From the NCBI GenBank assembly GCA_963674695.2, contig CAXXGI010000002.1:512001-576000 (forward strand): 64,000 nucleotides of DNA. The letters are read 5' to 3'. Below the pieces are notes generated by a model that was given only the letters and a program-made list of their open reading frames with translations, ran no database searches and had not been told where the DNA came from. The translations under genes and the position numbers were made by a program. Source of the stretch: a bacterium. Lineage in GTDB: Bacteria; UBA10199; 2-02-FULL-44-16; JAAZCA01. Shown piece by piece: positions 32,701 through 47,700 of the stretch (position 1 is its first letter; each line of letters opens with the position of its first letter).

Positions 32701-35700
32701 CAATGAGAGTTCCTTTGTCGATCAACAGCTTGCCGCCGGTGGCGAGGGCGCCTGCCAGGTCGTGACGGTTTCAGTCGGCGGCTTTGAGTCGGTTGACTTC
32801 ACCGTCTGCGGGCGCACGATGCAGGCGGCGGCCGTTCAGTTTACCGAAGACTTCGATCCAAATGCGAACTATCCGGAAGCGTTCCGGCCGATCGCGGTGG
32901 GTGAGCGTGAGCCGACCTCCGGTCCTTCACGTGCCATCACCGGTGAGACGCGCGTCTTTGACGATGCCTTCGGCCTGGTGCAAGCGCCGACCGGATTCCA
33001 GCGCGGTCGCGCCAAGGTCTGGGGGCGCTTCGAGACCTTCGATAATGCGAATCTCTGGAAGAACCTCCTCGATCATCTGACGGATCGAGAACTCATCCTG
33101 AATGGTTCGGAAGCGATCACATTTGGTCAGAAGGTGGGAACTGCTGCCGATGCCTATCGCGTCATTACGCCGCAGGGGGAATGTCCCAGTTGCTCGGTCG
33201 CGTTGAAGCTCGAAGACAATGCGAAGGTGGCACGCATCTTTGACGATGCGGGTGCCTTCAGCGTGTCGACGACGAACGAGGCGGTCGATCGCCTCGCCCT
33301 CTTCGGCGCCTCCGCCAACATCCGTAATCACCTGGGGACATCCTTCGGACAGGGTGCGATGGAGGAGACCTTCGACGGTTCGCTGGGCGCGGTAAAGGGG
33401 ACGGCGGGAAGCATGCGCGTCCTGGCGCGCACGGCCGGCGATGACAGTCGCTTCATCGCCGTGGAAGGACCCGCCCAGCGCTATGCCGACCTCGTGACGG
33501 TCGCGATGCAGCGCCAGCCGTTGCCCGCGGATGCGTCATCCGCAACGGCGCGTGCCTTCAGTGCCTCCTGGGCGGCCGAGCCTGTCTGTGCAGGATCAGG
33601 CATGCAGGAGATCTGTGAGAGCCGCTCCGGCGAACTGAATGCCCAGCAAAACGGCGCGGTGGGACTTGCGGCGAAACTGACCGATGATGACACGATGACG
33701 AGCGAGCCGTATGCCCTGGCCGTCAACCTCCTTCCCGCATATCGCGACGTCGACGTCGGCGGATACGAGGACTATGTGCAGCAGCCCGGACGGTTCATTC
33801 GCGCCCTGAATGCCGGCGATCAGCAGCCGATCGATGTCCTGATCAATATCGGCGCGGGTAATGAACTCTGTACCTATCAGATGATGCTTCAGTGGTTGCC
33901 GGGTGCGCTCTTTTCCTACGTCACGGGTTCCGGCGAAGAGTTCCTCGGCAGTCCCGTCGGTGCCGGCGGCATCACGCCGCAGCCGGGTGCAGATCCGAAG
34001 GTCGTGAAGATCGGCGGTACCAATCCGAACGGCTGCATCGCGGCCGATCCGACTACAGGCCTCGTGCGTGTGGCGCGCTTTGTCCTCGAAGCGGCAAGCG
34101 GTGGAACGGCCGAGCTTTCCGGATCGCTTGAACTCCTGCAGGGGCGCGCGAGCGGTAGTGGCGGCGAGATCACCGATCTCTGCGCGGCATCGGGCGACTG
34201 CAGCGCGTTTACGCCGGTGGCGCCGCATGTCATCGTCGCCGGCGCGGGTTTCATCGACCCGGCTATGGGTGCAGCGTGTTCACGGCCGGACGATTGGCCC
34301 TGCGACGAGAGCCTCTGCGTGCAGGGTCGCTGTGCCGGTCAGCCCGACGGCGTGCCGTTCATCTTCGATACGGCGACGGATGCCTCCTACTTCCGTGGCG
34401 ATGCCAACAAGGATGGCCTCATCGACCTGAGCGATTCCTCTGCGGTGCTGCTGAATCCGGATGCGATCACGCCGGTGGCGGTGGGCGATCTGACTTACGA
34501 CGGTACGGTCACCGATTACGATGGCGTCAAGATCGCGCAGACCTTCCTGGGACGCTCCTTCATTCCGTATGCACGCCAGGCGCAGGACATCGATGGTAAA
34601 CGCCGCATCTCCGTCCTCCTCAAGGGGGTCGATGCAGCGGCGACGCCGAATGTGGAAGACGCGACGGTCTCGATGCGCTTCCCGGATGGTGCGGTCACCA
34701 TTCCCGAAGAGGTCTCCTGTGAGGATGGTTTCTGCCAAGCGACGAACACTTCCGGTTCCATCTTCTCCATCGATGTGACGCCGACCGATCCGACCGCCTC
34801 GATCGCCTACGATCTCCGGGTCCAAGTCTATGACAGCGGCGAGGATCTCGTCTTCGCCGAGACCTATCGGGGATTTATGACCTCCTGCACCACGGACGCC
34901 CAGTGTGCCTCCGGCCAGGTCTGTGATCCGAGCGGGATCTGTGTCGACTCCTGTCTCGATGCTGAGGGCGATGCCGACGATATGCGCTGTGCAGCATCTG
35001 TCGCCTGTGCGGTCGGCAGCTGTACGGAGGAGACGGGTGTCTGTTCCTACGACTATAATGATGCAGACTGCGACGATGGCAACGACTGTACGAGTGACAC
35101 CTGCGATGCGATCGACGGCTGTACATATGCGAGCGTGCCGATTGGGAGTGCGTGTGATGAGGATGCTGGCATTTGCGTTGCAGATGATTTCTGTCAGCGC
35201 TTCTGTAGCGCTGAAAATCCATGCCCGGAGGGCCAGGAATGTGTGAACGGTAGCTGCGTGCCGCCGCTGAATTGTCAGACCATCGACGATGCGAGCTGTG
35301 ACGCCCTCGACGACGGATTGTGTCTGGCCGGCGCCTGCGATGTCGAAGCGGGAACCTGCGAGGCGACGCCTGTTGCGAACGAGACCGCGTGCGGCGCGCA
35401 GGGGCGTTGCGTCGACGGCGTCTGCGAGACCGGTTGTGACGATGATGACCAGTGTCCGCGCGGCCACTGCGATGACGAGACCGGCCAGTGCGTCGCTGGT
35501 TGTGAAGCGCCCACGCCGTTTGAGTGCCCCAACGGCGTCTGTGCGGCCGATGCTGACAGCTGCCCGTGTGCAGACAGTGCCGACTGTGACGACGGTGACC
35601 TCTGTACGACCGATACCTGCGTCAGCGGTACCTGTTCGATGACGCCCAAGGACTGTGCCGCTGATCTCGATCTGACCTCGACCGACTGTCAGGAGGCCAT

Positions 35701-38700
35701 CTGTGCCCCGCAGACTGGCGCATGCGAAGCGCGTTCGGCCAACATCGGCGGCATCTGTGAAGAAAACGGCCACTGCGTGCCGACCGGCGATGGCTCATGT
35801 CTCGTCTGCGCGGAGAATGAGGTCTGGAACGAGGCGCAGGCCGCGTGCGTGAGTGGTGAGAGCTGCACCGACCAGGGCGGCTATGTGCCGACCGGCACGA
35901 GCCTCTGCTGTATGGCCAACGAATTCTACGATGCGCAAAACGGCGCGTGTGTGAGCTGTGCCGACACGCTCATCTGGATCGACGATGTGAATGCGTGCGC
36001 CTGTCCGGACGAGAGCCGTCGCCAGGGTGAGGCCCAGAGCTATGCCTGCTGCGCGGTCGGTCTGCGCTGGAACGGAAGCACATGCGAAGAGATCCCCGAG
36101 GCCGAGCTCGACGTCATCGGCGCGAACATCGCCTTCGGCACGGTGCCGGAAGGATTCGCCGACTGGACGCACGACACCTTCGACATGGGACTGATGGGCG
36201 GGACGCCCGGACAGTACACCTCGAACCTCGTCGGGATGCAATCGCCGGGTGCCGGCAGCGTCGATGCCAAGGCGATGGGGGCGCTCTGGATGCAGCCCGA
36301 AGGGGTGAGCTTTGCCAGCGATAGCCGCGCGGTCGTCGTCGCGGGTGAGCCCGCCGGGGCGCGCATCGTCGTGAGCCGCGATCGGCTCTGGCGCGATCAG
36401 CGCGCGGTCCAGCCGCCGGAGGATGAGCGCACCGATTTCACGAATCAGCTCTACAATGCACTCGCCGCAGAAGATCAAAACGCACGCGCGCTCACGGTCA
36501 TGACGATCGTGACCGACGCCGATGGCCGTCCGGTCGACGCGCCGGGGCTTGTGATCAACGGTGCGAGCGCAACCAAGCGTACAAACAGCACCGGAATCTA
36601 CAGCCGCACGTTCTCGCCGACCGATGGCTTCCAGCCGGGTGTCGACAGCGCATCGCAGGGCATCAAGGTGGAGGCGGGGAATCGGACGCTGGCAGCAACG
36701 GATGTCTCACTCGCCGAAACAGCCGTCTCGGTCGATGCGAATCTCCTGCCCGGCCAGGCCGTCATCGACCTGCCGCGCAACGCGATCTTCATGCCGACGA
36801 GCGGTGAGCAGCAATTCACCGTTCCGGTGCGCGTCAATACGACCGGTGACGACAATCAGACGCACATCATTAGCTCATATAAGCTCGAGATCGACTTCAA
36901 CGCGAGCGCCTTCAGCGTGGTCAGCGTGAAGCCGGGCATGTATGGTGCGCATCTCGGGATCGGTTGGGATGTCGTGGGCGATCGCCTGACGATCGGCGGC
37001 GGTTATCAGCCCAAGCCGGACCGCAACCCGGAGCCGAAGGGAACAAATGCCGAATTCTTCCGGATCACCTTCGCGCTCAAGGCGGGTGTCCCCGCGGGCG
37101 CGGTGGAATGTATCACCGGCGGTACGGTGAAGGAACTCATTGCCGGATACAAGATCGGCGAGCAGTGGTTGGTGCCACAGGGTGCGGGGCGCGGTATCGT
37201 CGTGCGCTCGCGTGAAAACGCATGGCAGGCGACGGGCGCGATCACGGCCGTCGATGGCAGCCAGGTGCAGGGCTTCGTGGCAGAGCTCGCCGACGATCGG
37301 TGGCTGGATACGTCGCACTTTACGCGCGGAAGCCTGCCGGAGAGCATGCTCACGATTATCGGGATGGGGAGGGATGGGAAGATGAAGTCAGTTGATGCCG
37401 ACGCGACTGAGGTGACATTCGAACCAGCCGATGCCGGATTTGCATACGATGCATCAAGCCGTCTCGTGAAACTCGCGCGCAGCGCGGCGTCGATCGCCGC
37501 GGCGGCGGTGGTGACCGTGACGAGCGCGATCTGCAGTGCCGATGTGGCCTGTGCCGATATGACCCTCCCGGTCGATGTCGTCGGTGTCACTCCGGCGGCA
37601 CTCGAGATCAAGGCGCCGGATGTCGTCGGCAAGATCGCTGACAATATCTATCTGCCGGCACAGGTCCGCGCCCTCTGGCCGAATGATACGCTCGAGAATC
37701 CTCCCTTTGGCGAGGCCCAGCTCGACGTGACGCGGCTCGTCGATTGCAAGGCCGATGGGATCTCGATCACCGATTGCATCGTGCGGCCGGAGCAGGCAGG
37801 CGAGATCGATGTGCAGGTCGTCGGCTGTGACGGCGGCAACTGCGGCGCGCCGCACGCGATCACCGTTCGTGATGAGACCATACCGCCGACGATCCACGTC
37901 GCTGTTCCCGCGACGGTGGCGTTCAACGAGGAGACGTTGCAACTTCCGGCGAATATTCTCGATACTGGTGTGGCGCCGACCACGGCCAAGGCCACCAGCG
38001 CGTTCGGCGCGCTTGAAGCAGCAGCACCGCTGACCGTCGTGGCATCCCTCGGCGGCGAACATGTCGACGTGACGGGTCTGAGCGAAATCTCGATCTCGAC
38101 GGGCAACAGCGTTGAGGCGGGTGAGACGGGTGGCGTGAAGGTCGTGCGTTCGGTGGCGCCGGGCGCGACCACGGTCAAGGCGGAGTTCGCCGGCAACGTG
38201 GGTTCGGCGCTCGTCTCGGTCGATCCGGGCGATGCCCTCCCGCCGATCATCCGCGTTGTTGACGGCGATACGGAGCTGCTCCCCAACCGCGAGCAGAACG
38301 ACGATGGTGTCTGGCGTCATGCCCTGGCGCGGAGCGACGATGATCTGTCTGCGCTCATCCCCATCTGCACGCGCGTGCGCGAGACCGATGAGGGTCTGCA
38401 GCGAAGCAACGTCAACTGCAGCCCGACGGCCGACTTCCGCGTCTATGCGTCCTATAGCGATGATCCTGCTCGCCTCTACGACGTGACGCTCTCGGCCAAC
38501 TACGCGATCGAGGTGGCAGACGGCAGCGAACAGGTCATCACCTGGAGCAAGGATGCCGAAGCGGGCCTGTTGCACATCGAGGGCCTGGGCGAGGCGCCGG
38601 GGATCAATCGCATCCTCGTGAACGCCCCGGGCGCACCGCAGGCGGTCCTGGAGATCGCACGCCTCACACTCGCGTCAACGGAAGTTCGCGTCTTCGAGGA

Positions 38701-41700
38701 CTTCACGATCGAGGGTTGGTATCCGCCGACGATCGCGCGCGAAGCGGTTGCCGATGATGAGCTCACCTTCATCGAGAGCGTCCCCTTCTACCAGCGCGGG
38801 CGCGCACGCGTGGCCGGCATCTGGAGCGACGGCACGCGCACCGACTTCATCAGCAATTATCAGGCCGCGCGCGATCTGCTCACGGTCACCTCGTCGGATG
38901 AGGTCACAGCCGCCATCGCGCCTGATGAAAACTTCTACCGCGTCACCCCGGCCGACGAACCTGTCAGCGGCAGCATCGATATCGAGGCCGATCTGACTGA
39001 CGGCATCCTCGAAGGTTACTTCGATCCGGAGCCAAAAGAGATCTTCATCACGCCGACGGCAGTCGATGTCGAGGACGTGGTGCTCACCACCGAAGGGGCG
39101 CCGAGTGCACGCAATGCGGATGATAACGCCCCGATCGACGGCTTCGAGGGAACGGTCTCAGCGGCAAAGGGCGATCGAGTCGTGCGCCGCGCGGTCATCC
39201 GCATGGCCGACGGCACGCGGTTTGTGTCGACGAACGAGGATGGCACGCAGATCGTCGCCAAGGGGAATGTCCGCTTGCTCGGGTTTGGCCCGGCCATCGA
39301 GAACTTCTTCCCGGTCGATCCGAACGAGGATGAGAACTATCGCGACCTGCTCATGAGCCTGCTCGGTGCACAGAACTTCGCGCAGATCGTGAACGGCACG
39401 CAGGCTTCCGCAAAGATCGCCTCTCCCGCAGAGAGTGCGCTCAATGTGAACGCCAACGGTGCGATCGATCTGCCGGTGACGATCGCCGCCAACGCGGGCG
39501 CGCCGCTTGCCGAAGATGCCGTGGGCCACACGCTCGCCATCAACCTCCTGCCGAACGTGGGCGATGTCGATCTGGGCGCCAAGAAGGGCCTCGCCTTCCC
39601 GGTCGTCCAAGCGGGCGAAGAGCTTGCTGCAGATGTGCGCATCAACGTGAGCGGTTCGCAGGGACTGAGCTTCTTCAACGTCTGGATCGCCTACGATCCG
39701 AACGTGCTCGTCTGCACGTCGGTTGCCAATGCCATGCCGGGGGCGCTCAACCTCGCCGACACCTGCAACGCGCCGCAGCCGACGGCCGATGGACGCGTGA
39801 TGCTCAACCTGAACGGTCCGATTACATCCGGCACGCTCCCGACCGGTAGCGACGTGCACGTCGCGACGGTCACGTTCACGGCCCAGGCCGACAAGGGTGT
39901 GGGCCTCGTCGACGGCTTCACGCTCGAGATGATTGAGCGCAGCGACACGACGATCGGCGATGCGATTGTTCCGAATGGCAAGCGCGCCTTCGTCGCCGGA
40001 AAGGCGCTGGCCGATCCGACGCGCCTGGGCGATGTCAACGAAGACGGGGTGTTCTCCGGCTCCGATGTGACCGGCATCTACCTCTATCACTTAAACCCAC
40101 AGCAGAATCCGCTCGGAAACGTCGAGGCGAGTGACGTCGAGGTGGACGGTACCTTTATCACCAACGACGCCTTCCGCGCGCAGCAGGTCTTCGGGCGCGT
40201 CTTCGGCTTCGTCTCGGCAGGCGGCGAGCAGGTCACCCCCGATCGCGCCAATCTCCTCTTTCGCATCCTCGGCGAGACCTACGAACCGCTCAACGATGAG
40301 CAGATGCGCCTGCTCGTGCGCGTCCCCTTCGAGGCCGATGCCTATCGCGTGGCCGGCGGCATGTGCGATGACGATGCCAACCCCTGCCCGATCGACTTCA
40401 CCTGTGCCGAGGCAAGCCCGCGCACCTGCGAGGCGGCAGGCCAGGGGGGCTTTTTCATCGCTACGCATCGCGCCGATGGAAGCTTCGTCCTGCCGCTGGA
40501 AAAGGCGGAGGGGGCGGCGGCATTTGAAAACGTCGTGATCCCCGAGATCAACGCGACCTTCCTCTATCTCGCGGGAGGGGCGCGCGCCAACACGGTGCCG
40601 ATGACCTTCATGAACGTCATGCTCCTGGGACAGGGGTGTGACAACGACGACCAGTGCCAGGATGATCAGATCTGCAACGCCTTCGGCACCTGCGAAGATC
40701 CCGGCGAGTGCTCCTCGGATGCGATGTGCGCGCTCGACGAAACGTGCAACGATGAGCGCATCTGCGTCCCGCGCTGCGCGGCGAACGAATACTGGGATGG
40801 AACGCAGTGTCAAACCGGCGGCGGCTGTGACGACACGCACCCCTGTGACGATGATCTCATCTGCGATATCGCCACAGGCGAGTGTCGGCCGCAGTGTTCT
40901 GTCGATGCCGACTGCGAACCTTACGGCGCCGATCTCCTCTGTGTGAACGGCATCTGCGAAGATCCGATTTCCTGCACCGACGACTGCTCGATTCTCGACG
41001 ACGCCTGCAACGACGGCGCCTGCGTCGGCAACATCTGTGAACGCGCCCCCGCGCGCGACGGCGAGGCGTGCGATGATAACGACCCCGCGACGATCGATGA
41101 TCTCTGCGCCGCCGGCGTCTGTGCCGGAACGCCGCAGAGTTGTGGTCCGCAGAACCCCTGCCCGACGGGACTCATCTGCAACGACAGCGGCGTCTGCGAA
41201 GAGCCGATCAATGCGTGCAATGAGGGACAGAGCTGTGATGACAACGACGTCTGCACCGGTCCGGATGTGTGTAATGATAGTACATCCCTCTGTGAACGCC
41301 CGCCGCTGACGGGCAACGCCTGTTCGCTCGCCGATGGAACCGGCGGCATCTGCTCAAACGGCGTCTGCATCGGCGGCGGCGACTGTGCGTCGAACGAGGA
41401 GTGCATTGCGGCCAATCCGTTGCTGCCGTTCTGCGAGGAGGAGCACTGCGTCTCCTGCCCGGAAGGAGAGATCTGGGATCCGTATGCCGCGAACGCTGCG
41501 GGCGCATGCGTGGCGGAGGAAAATTGTGCGGCGAGCGGTCGCATTGCGCGCGAAGGCGACGGCTTCTGCGTCTGCCCGGACGATAAACCGGTATGGGATG
41601 GCGCACAGTGCTCTGGTGGGAACCCCGAGGACTATCTGAGCCCCGTCGAGGGCGTGCGCATTGATTTTGGCGCGACCGCGAATCGCGGCCTTTGGAACGA

Positions 41701-44700
41701 GGCCTCGACCTGGAACAGCGCGGATGAAGACTACAGCGGCGAGGTCCTCGCCGTGAGTGCGCCCGGCGGCGAGGCGGTCGACTTTACCGCGACGCTCATG
41801 CGGATGAACGGCACGCCGTTTGCGCAGGCGATCCAGGCGAGCGAGGATTTCGATCCCGCGACGCCATATGCGATCAAGCTCTTCCTGACGCGCGAGGCGA
41901 TCTTCGAGGATGCGCGCATCCGGGATGCCAATAAGTCGCACAGCGTTTCGGCCTTTGCCTTCGTCACCGACGCGCGAGGGCGTCCGGTGAACGCAGATGC
42001 CGGCGTGCAGTTTCGGATTGGAAGCGACACTTGGTCTCCAGGGGTCAACGGCAAGTACAGCGGTGTCGATGGCCTCTATGCGACGACGCTCGAGGTGAAC
42101 GCGACGGAGAACACGATGATCTCCGCGCGCTTTTGGGACGTGGGATTTCCGGAAGCGTCGAAGGATGTCGCCTATCAGGCCGATCCCGACGTGACGGATC
42201 TTGCGACCGTCGGCGACATGGTCCTCGAACTGCCGCGTCGACCCATCTTCCCGGGGCAGGATTTCTGGACGACGATCGTGGCCAACACGAATGTGACTGA
42301 TTCCCAGGATCAGTTGATCCATGCGATTAAGGTGAAGGTCATCTATGACGCCGCATCCTATGAATACCGCGCGGTTGATCGCGCCAATAACGGGAAACAG
42401 TTCGGCACGGTGAATGCGGGCGTGAATGATCTGGATGCTGGACGCAAGGAGATCACGCTCTTTGCGACCTTTGATTCGAACTCCGGCTCTGCAGCGCCGA
42501 TGCTCGCCGATCGCGCGGAGCTGCTCGATTTGAACTTCAAGTTCATCGGTGGCAATCCGGGCACGATCGAGGTGAAGCCCGTCGAGCTCCTCTATAAAAA
42601 GGATGGCACGTTCAAGAATATCGTTGATCTCAATGCGAATCCCGCAACTTCAATCTATCCGGCATCTGGACTTAACGTCGCGACCGACGATGTGGTCGGC
42701 TTCGCCGCCGCGATCGCTGACACCGACTGGGTCGATCGCTCCGGCATCGGGGGAACTGCCGATCCGCGCACGATCGACGCGCATCTCATTCGCGCGTATA
42801 CCTTTGTGGATGAAGCCCTGACCGTTCAGGTTCAAGCACCGGCGCCGTTTGTCGCTGATGGGAAAAGTGTGTCGCTTTCGGATGCGGCGCCGGCATTCAG
42901 CAAGGGAACGATCACCGTCTCCTCGAGCGACCTCGGAAATGTCTCCTATCCGATTGAGCTCTCCGCCGATCGGATCTTCCGCGCATCCTGCGCGCTCACC
43001 TTCGAGGGGTTCAATCCCCCGTTCGTGTTGGGGAGGGTGACGCAGACGAGTTTCCAGCGTGCTCAGGGGCGTGTGCTGTGTAAGGACGGCGATCGCGTCG
43101 TCTACGACCTCACGCATGAAGTGCAGTGCCAAAAGGTCTCCGGTGATGCCAATGTCCACAACGAGCTGCTCGCAAGCCGTTGCCTCGTTGCGCCGACCTC
43201 TCTCGGTGAGCTGAGGATCCAAGCGGTCCGCGATGAAGCGCCCGTTGGCGAAGTGATCGAATTCAAAGTGAGCAGCGATCAGGTTGCGGTCGATGAACTC
43301 CTCATCGGTGTTGCCGGCTCGGTCACCGCGCCGAAAAAGCCTGACGAGATAAAGCTCGCTGTTTCGGGGATCCAGGGTGCGGATACCGCGCGCGCGGTTT
43401 CGGCCTCTGCCTTCAACCGCTTCACCGCGATGGAGAACGGGCCGATCGTGGTACTCGCGCGTTATGCGGGCGGCACGACCGCCGACACGACCGCCGATGT
43501 GACCGATCTGGTCCTCGATTCCCTGAGCTTCATGGGTGGGGCCGTGGCGCCGGTGGAAGAGGGTGGTGCGCGCAAGCCTGAGGTGCGCGTCCTCGAGCCG
43601 GGCATCACGACGATCACCGGGAGTTATGCGGGCAAAGAGGGCAAGGGACATGCGATCGTCGCCTTCCCGGGTGAGCCGAAAGTTCACGTCGCGCCGACGG
43701 GAACGGTCCTGCTTTCTCCTTCAAACGATGATTGGGCGAAAAAGCTGGGCAACATCCCGACCGAGCAGGCTATGGTCGTCGATGTCTTCTATGGTGATGA
43801 TCACGCGAACGCCGATGCCATCTATGCAAAGGCGGCGGTGGCGACCTATACGAACGGCACACCCGAGGCGGAGCGCGTCGTCGAGGTGGTCGGCGGCGTC
43901 GTGCGCCCGATTGCGGGGCGTGGCATGGGTTCGGATGAGATCTGTATCACCGTGCCAGGATTTGATTTTGCTCCCACCTGCGTGAAATTTACCGTCACCG
44001 GCATCGATGGCCTCGAGGTCAAGACCTACGAGGACTTCGACCCGAAGGATACCTATCCCGAGGGGTTCAAGCCCGCTGCGGGCGACAAGCCCCAGGTCGA
44101 GCAGAATGCCTTCGGTTTCGTCGAGGGGATCGACGTCTATCAGCAGGGCCGCCTGCGCGTGCAGGGCCACTGGTATCACAATGACACCTGGATCTGGCTC
44201 ACTGACATCACGAACTTCTCCAAGCTCGACTCTTCGCTCCTGCTCGAGACCACGGTGGGCGGAACGATGCGCACCGATGTCGTGGGGATCGCTCCAGCGC
44301 CGGCCACAGGTCGCGATTACTTCGGACTGACACCGCTGATGCCGGCTGAGGCGCGCATCGTCGCGCGCCCCGCAGCCGGGGCGAGCACGGCGGGCATCGC
44401 GGGGGTGCGCATCATCACTATCGCGGATGATCCGGTCGATATCGATCTCCTCGAGATCCTATCGACGAGCTTCTCAACTGCAGGCGCGGGAGTGAGTCGC
44501 AAGAGCGTTTCCGATACGCTCATCGGCGGTGGCGCGACGGCGTTTGCCGGGACGATCGGCGGCGAGCGCGCAAGCTCCCGTTCGCTCACCGTCGGTGGAA
44601 GATTTGCAAACGGCGGCGCGCGCGCAACCCTCGTGGCAAACGGCGTGCAGCAGGTCAGCGATGAGGGCGCTCCTCTGGTGACGATGGGGATGAACGCGAC

Positions 44701-47700
44701 GGGCTATGAGAATCGCAACGCCGCAACGTCAGTCGGTGAGAACGGCACGATCGTCGCCGGCATCCACGACAACGGTGCGGTGATGGTGACGCTAGATCTG
44801 AATCGTGACACGGCGAGCGCATTTGCCGCGACCGCACGCCCCTATGCCATCAACCTCACGCCGAAGGTCGGCGATGTCGATGTGGGCGAGATCACGGGCC
44901 GATTCGTCCCGGTGCTCACGGGTTCCCATGAGGTCGAGCTGCGCATCAACGCGGGGAATCTGCACCTGAATAACTACGAGATCACCGTGACCTATGATCG
45001 TCGCGTCATCGATGTGGCGGGCGGCGCGGGCAACTATGCCATCACCAATCTTCTGGCGAATGATTCGAATATCACCGGACAGGAATTCAACGCCAAGGTC
45101 GAGGTTGCCGATGCCCCGCCGGATGACACCACCGGGCGCATCAATCTCTTCTGGACGGTGACAGCGGGTACGAGCCCCACGGGCGTGATTCCGGTGGCGA
45201 AGATCACCTTCGCTCCTGCGACATCGAAGAGCAGTGGCGATTCGATCACGAACCTCTCCGGTATCATCTTCGCCATCAGCGGTAAGGCCGATATGGGTGG
45301 CACGAGCACGCCCATCGGCGGGACAAACGAGCGCACCTTCGATGCGGGCACGGGGCTCGTCGATCCGCCGACCGGAAACGTGAACGAGGATGAAGCCGGT
45401 GTTTTCAACGGCTTCGACACGGCCAGGATGCGCGAATATATGGTCGAAACGATCGGTGCGGATGATCTTGATCTTTCCGAGGCCGACTTCGACTACAGCC
45501 ACGAGGTGCGGGGCGCTGACGCGACGGTGGAAGCCGGCGATATCGCCGGGTCGGATGTCGTCCAGGCCGAGCAGCTCCTCGTGGGCAACTACTACTTCAT
45601 CGAACCGGTCATCGCGCAGGTGAATGGTTTGAGCGCGAAGCTCTCGGTCGTCTTCCGCGACAAGAAGCGCGAGCCGGTCACTGCCTCCATCCGTCCGGAA
45701 ATCGCGGTTGCAGCGCCAGCCGGTGCGGCGCTCTTCCAGGATGAATCGCTCTTGCAGCCGCTGGTTGCTGGTGAAGCGGGATATGAAATACTCGTGAAGC
45801 CGACCACTGGCCGCGATGCCTTCACCGCCTGGATGCAGCTCCCGGCGGGTTCGACGGAGACGACCTTTACCGTCCGCCTCTTCGTTCTCGACCAGAACAA
45901 TGCGAGCATTGTTCTCAACGACAGCACCGCGACCTTCATGCGCGCGCTGGCGCCGAGCTGTCAGAGCGGTGCCGATTGCGAAGAGGGCTTAAGCTGCGTC
46001 GACGGCGCCTGCATCGACGACTGTCTCGATGACGGCGATTGCGACGGGCTGCTCTGCGATACCGACACCGGCGTCTGCATCGATCCGAACGAGTGCACGA
46101 CCGACGAGGACTGCCCGGATACGGAATACAACGATCGCTACTGCGATCAGCAGACGAACCAGTGTGCGGCCTGTCTCGGCGGGTACCATTGGGATGGAAA
46201 TTCCTGCGAAGCGGGCGAAGAATGTGATGATGAGAATCCCTGCGATGAGGGCTTCATCTGTGCCGACGGCGAGTGTCGTCCGCAGTGCAACTTCTCCATC
46301 GATTGCCCCGATCTCAACCAGATCTGCGTCGACGGCGCCTGCATCGTGCCCGAGTGCGACGAGGGGTATGCCTGGGACGGCATGAGCTGCATCTGCGTCG
46401 CCGATTCCTGTGGCGGCAACGAGTGTCTCCCGCCGCGTCTGCTCGACGCGATGAGCGTCTGCGCCTGCCCGGGCGAGATGCTCTATGACCCGAGCGACGC
46501 CACCTGTATCGATGCGGATGAATGCCTCGAACCGCGCGCGGCCGATCCTGCCAGCGGCATCTGCACCTGTGCGGATGGGCTGCTCTGGACGGGAACCGAA
46601 TGCGTCGACGAGGATGAGGTCGAGTGCGGAATGGGTGCCCATTACGATGACGTCGCACGCGCCTGTGCCTGCGATTCCGGTCAGCAGGAGATGGACGAGA
46701 TCGGCGACTGCGTCGATCGCTGCGACGACGACGACTTCTGGGATGCCGTCGCGCAGGCCTGCGTCGAATGGGAATGCGCCGAGCCGTTGCGCAACTGGTG
46801 GGATCCGCCTGCGTGTTGTGCACAGTACACCGCCTACAATCCGGAGTATGACGCTGAGACGATGCCGGTTGAAGATCAGTGCACGGGTGAAGGCGAAGGG
46901 TGCGAGAATGATACAGATCGCCAGATTCCAAATACGGATCTCTGCTGCGCGTTGGATGCCATCTACGATGATGTCGTCGGCAGCTGTATGGATCGCTGTG
47001 ACGAGGGGCATGTCTGGAACGTCGATACCCAGAGCTGCGATCGCCTGAGCTGCAGCACCGAGGATCGCTGCCCGAGCGGCGGCACCTGCACGATCGAGAC
47101 GAGCCTGTGCGAAGGGGATGGAATCGAACCCTACGACTGCCTGCCCGACATGAGCTGCCCCGAGGGGTATCTCTGTGAAAACGGCGAGTGCCGTGGCGGC
47201 GGCGACGATCCGTGCGTGACCGACGAGGACTGCGCTGATGCCTTCACCTGTGTCGCCGGCGTCTGCAGCGAGTGCGATGCCAACGGCCAGTGTCCGAATG
47301 TGGCCTGCACATTGGCGACCGATTGCCCGGCGGGATTCGAGGCCGCGGTGCTTTCCTGTTCTGAGAGTGTCTGCAGCAACTGCGACACCCAAGGTGTCTG
47401 CATGCCGCAGCCGTTTGTCTGCGAGGCCAACCGCTGCGTTCCGACCGGCGGTGACAACGGCGATGAATGCGATACCGATGATGACTGCATCGAGCCGGGG
47501 CTCGTCTGCCGCGATGGTGTCTGCAGGCGTGACAATTTTGAATGCATCGATAACTGCGAATACGTCCCGGGCGCGAAGGTGGAGTTCGGCACGAATCCAG
47601 AGGATGCAACCGTCTGGACGCAGGATACGAAGGACGTTTGGCTTGCAAGCGGCGTTGATGCCGATCGCGGCAAATACACCAGCCACATCACGGCGCTCAC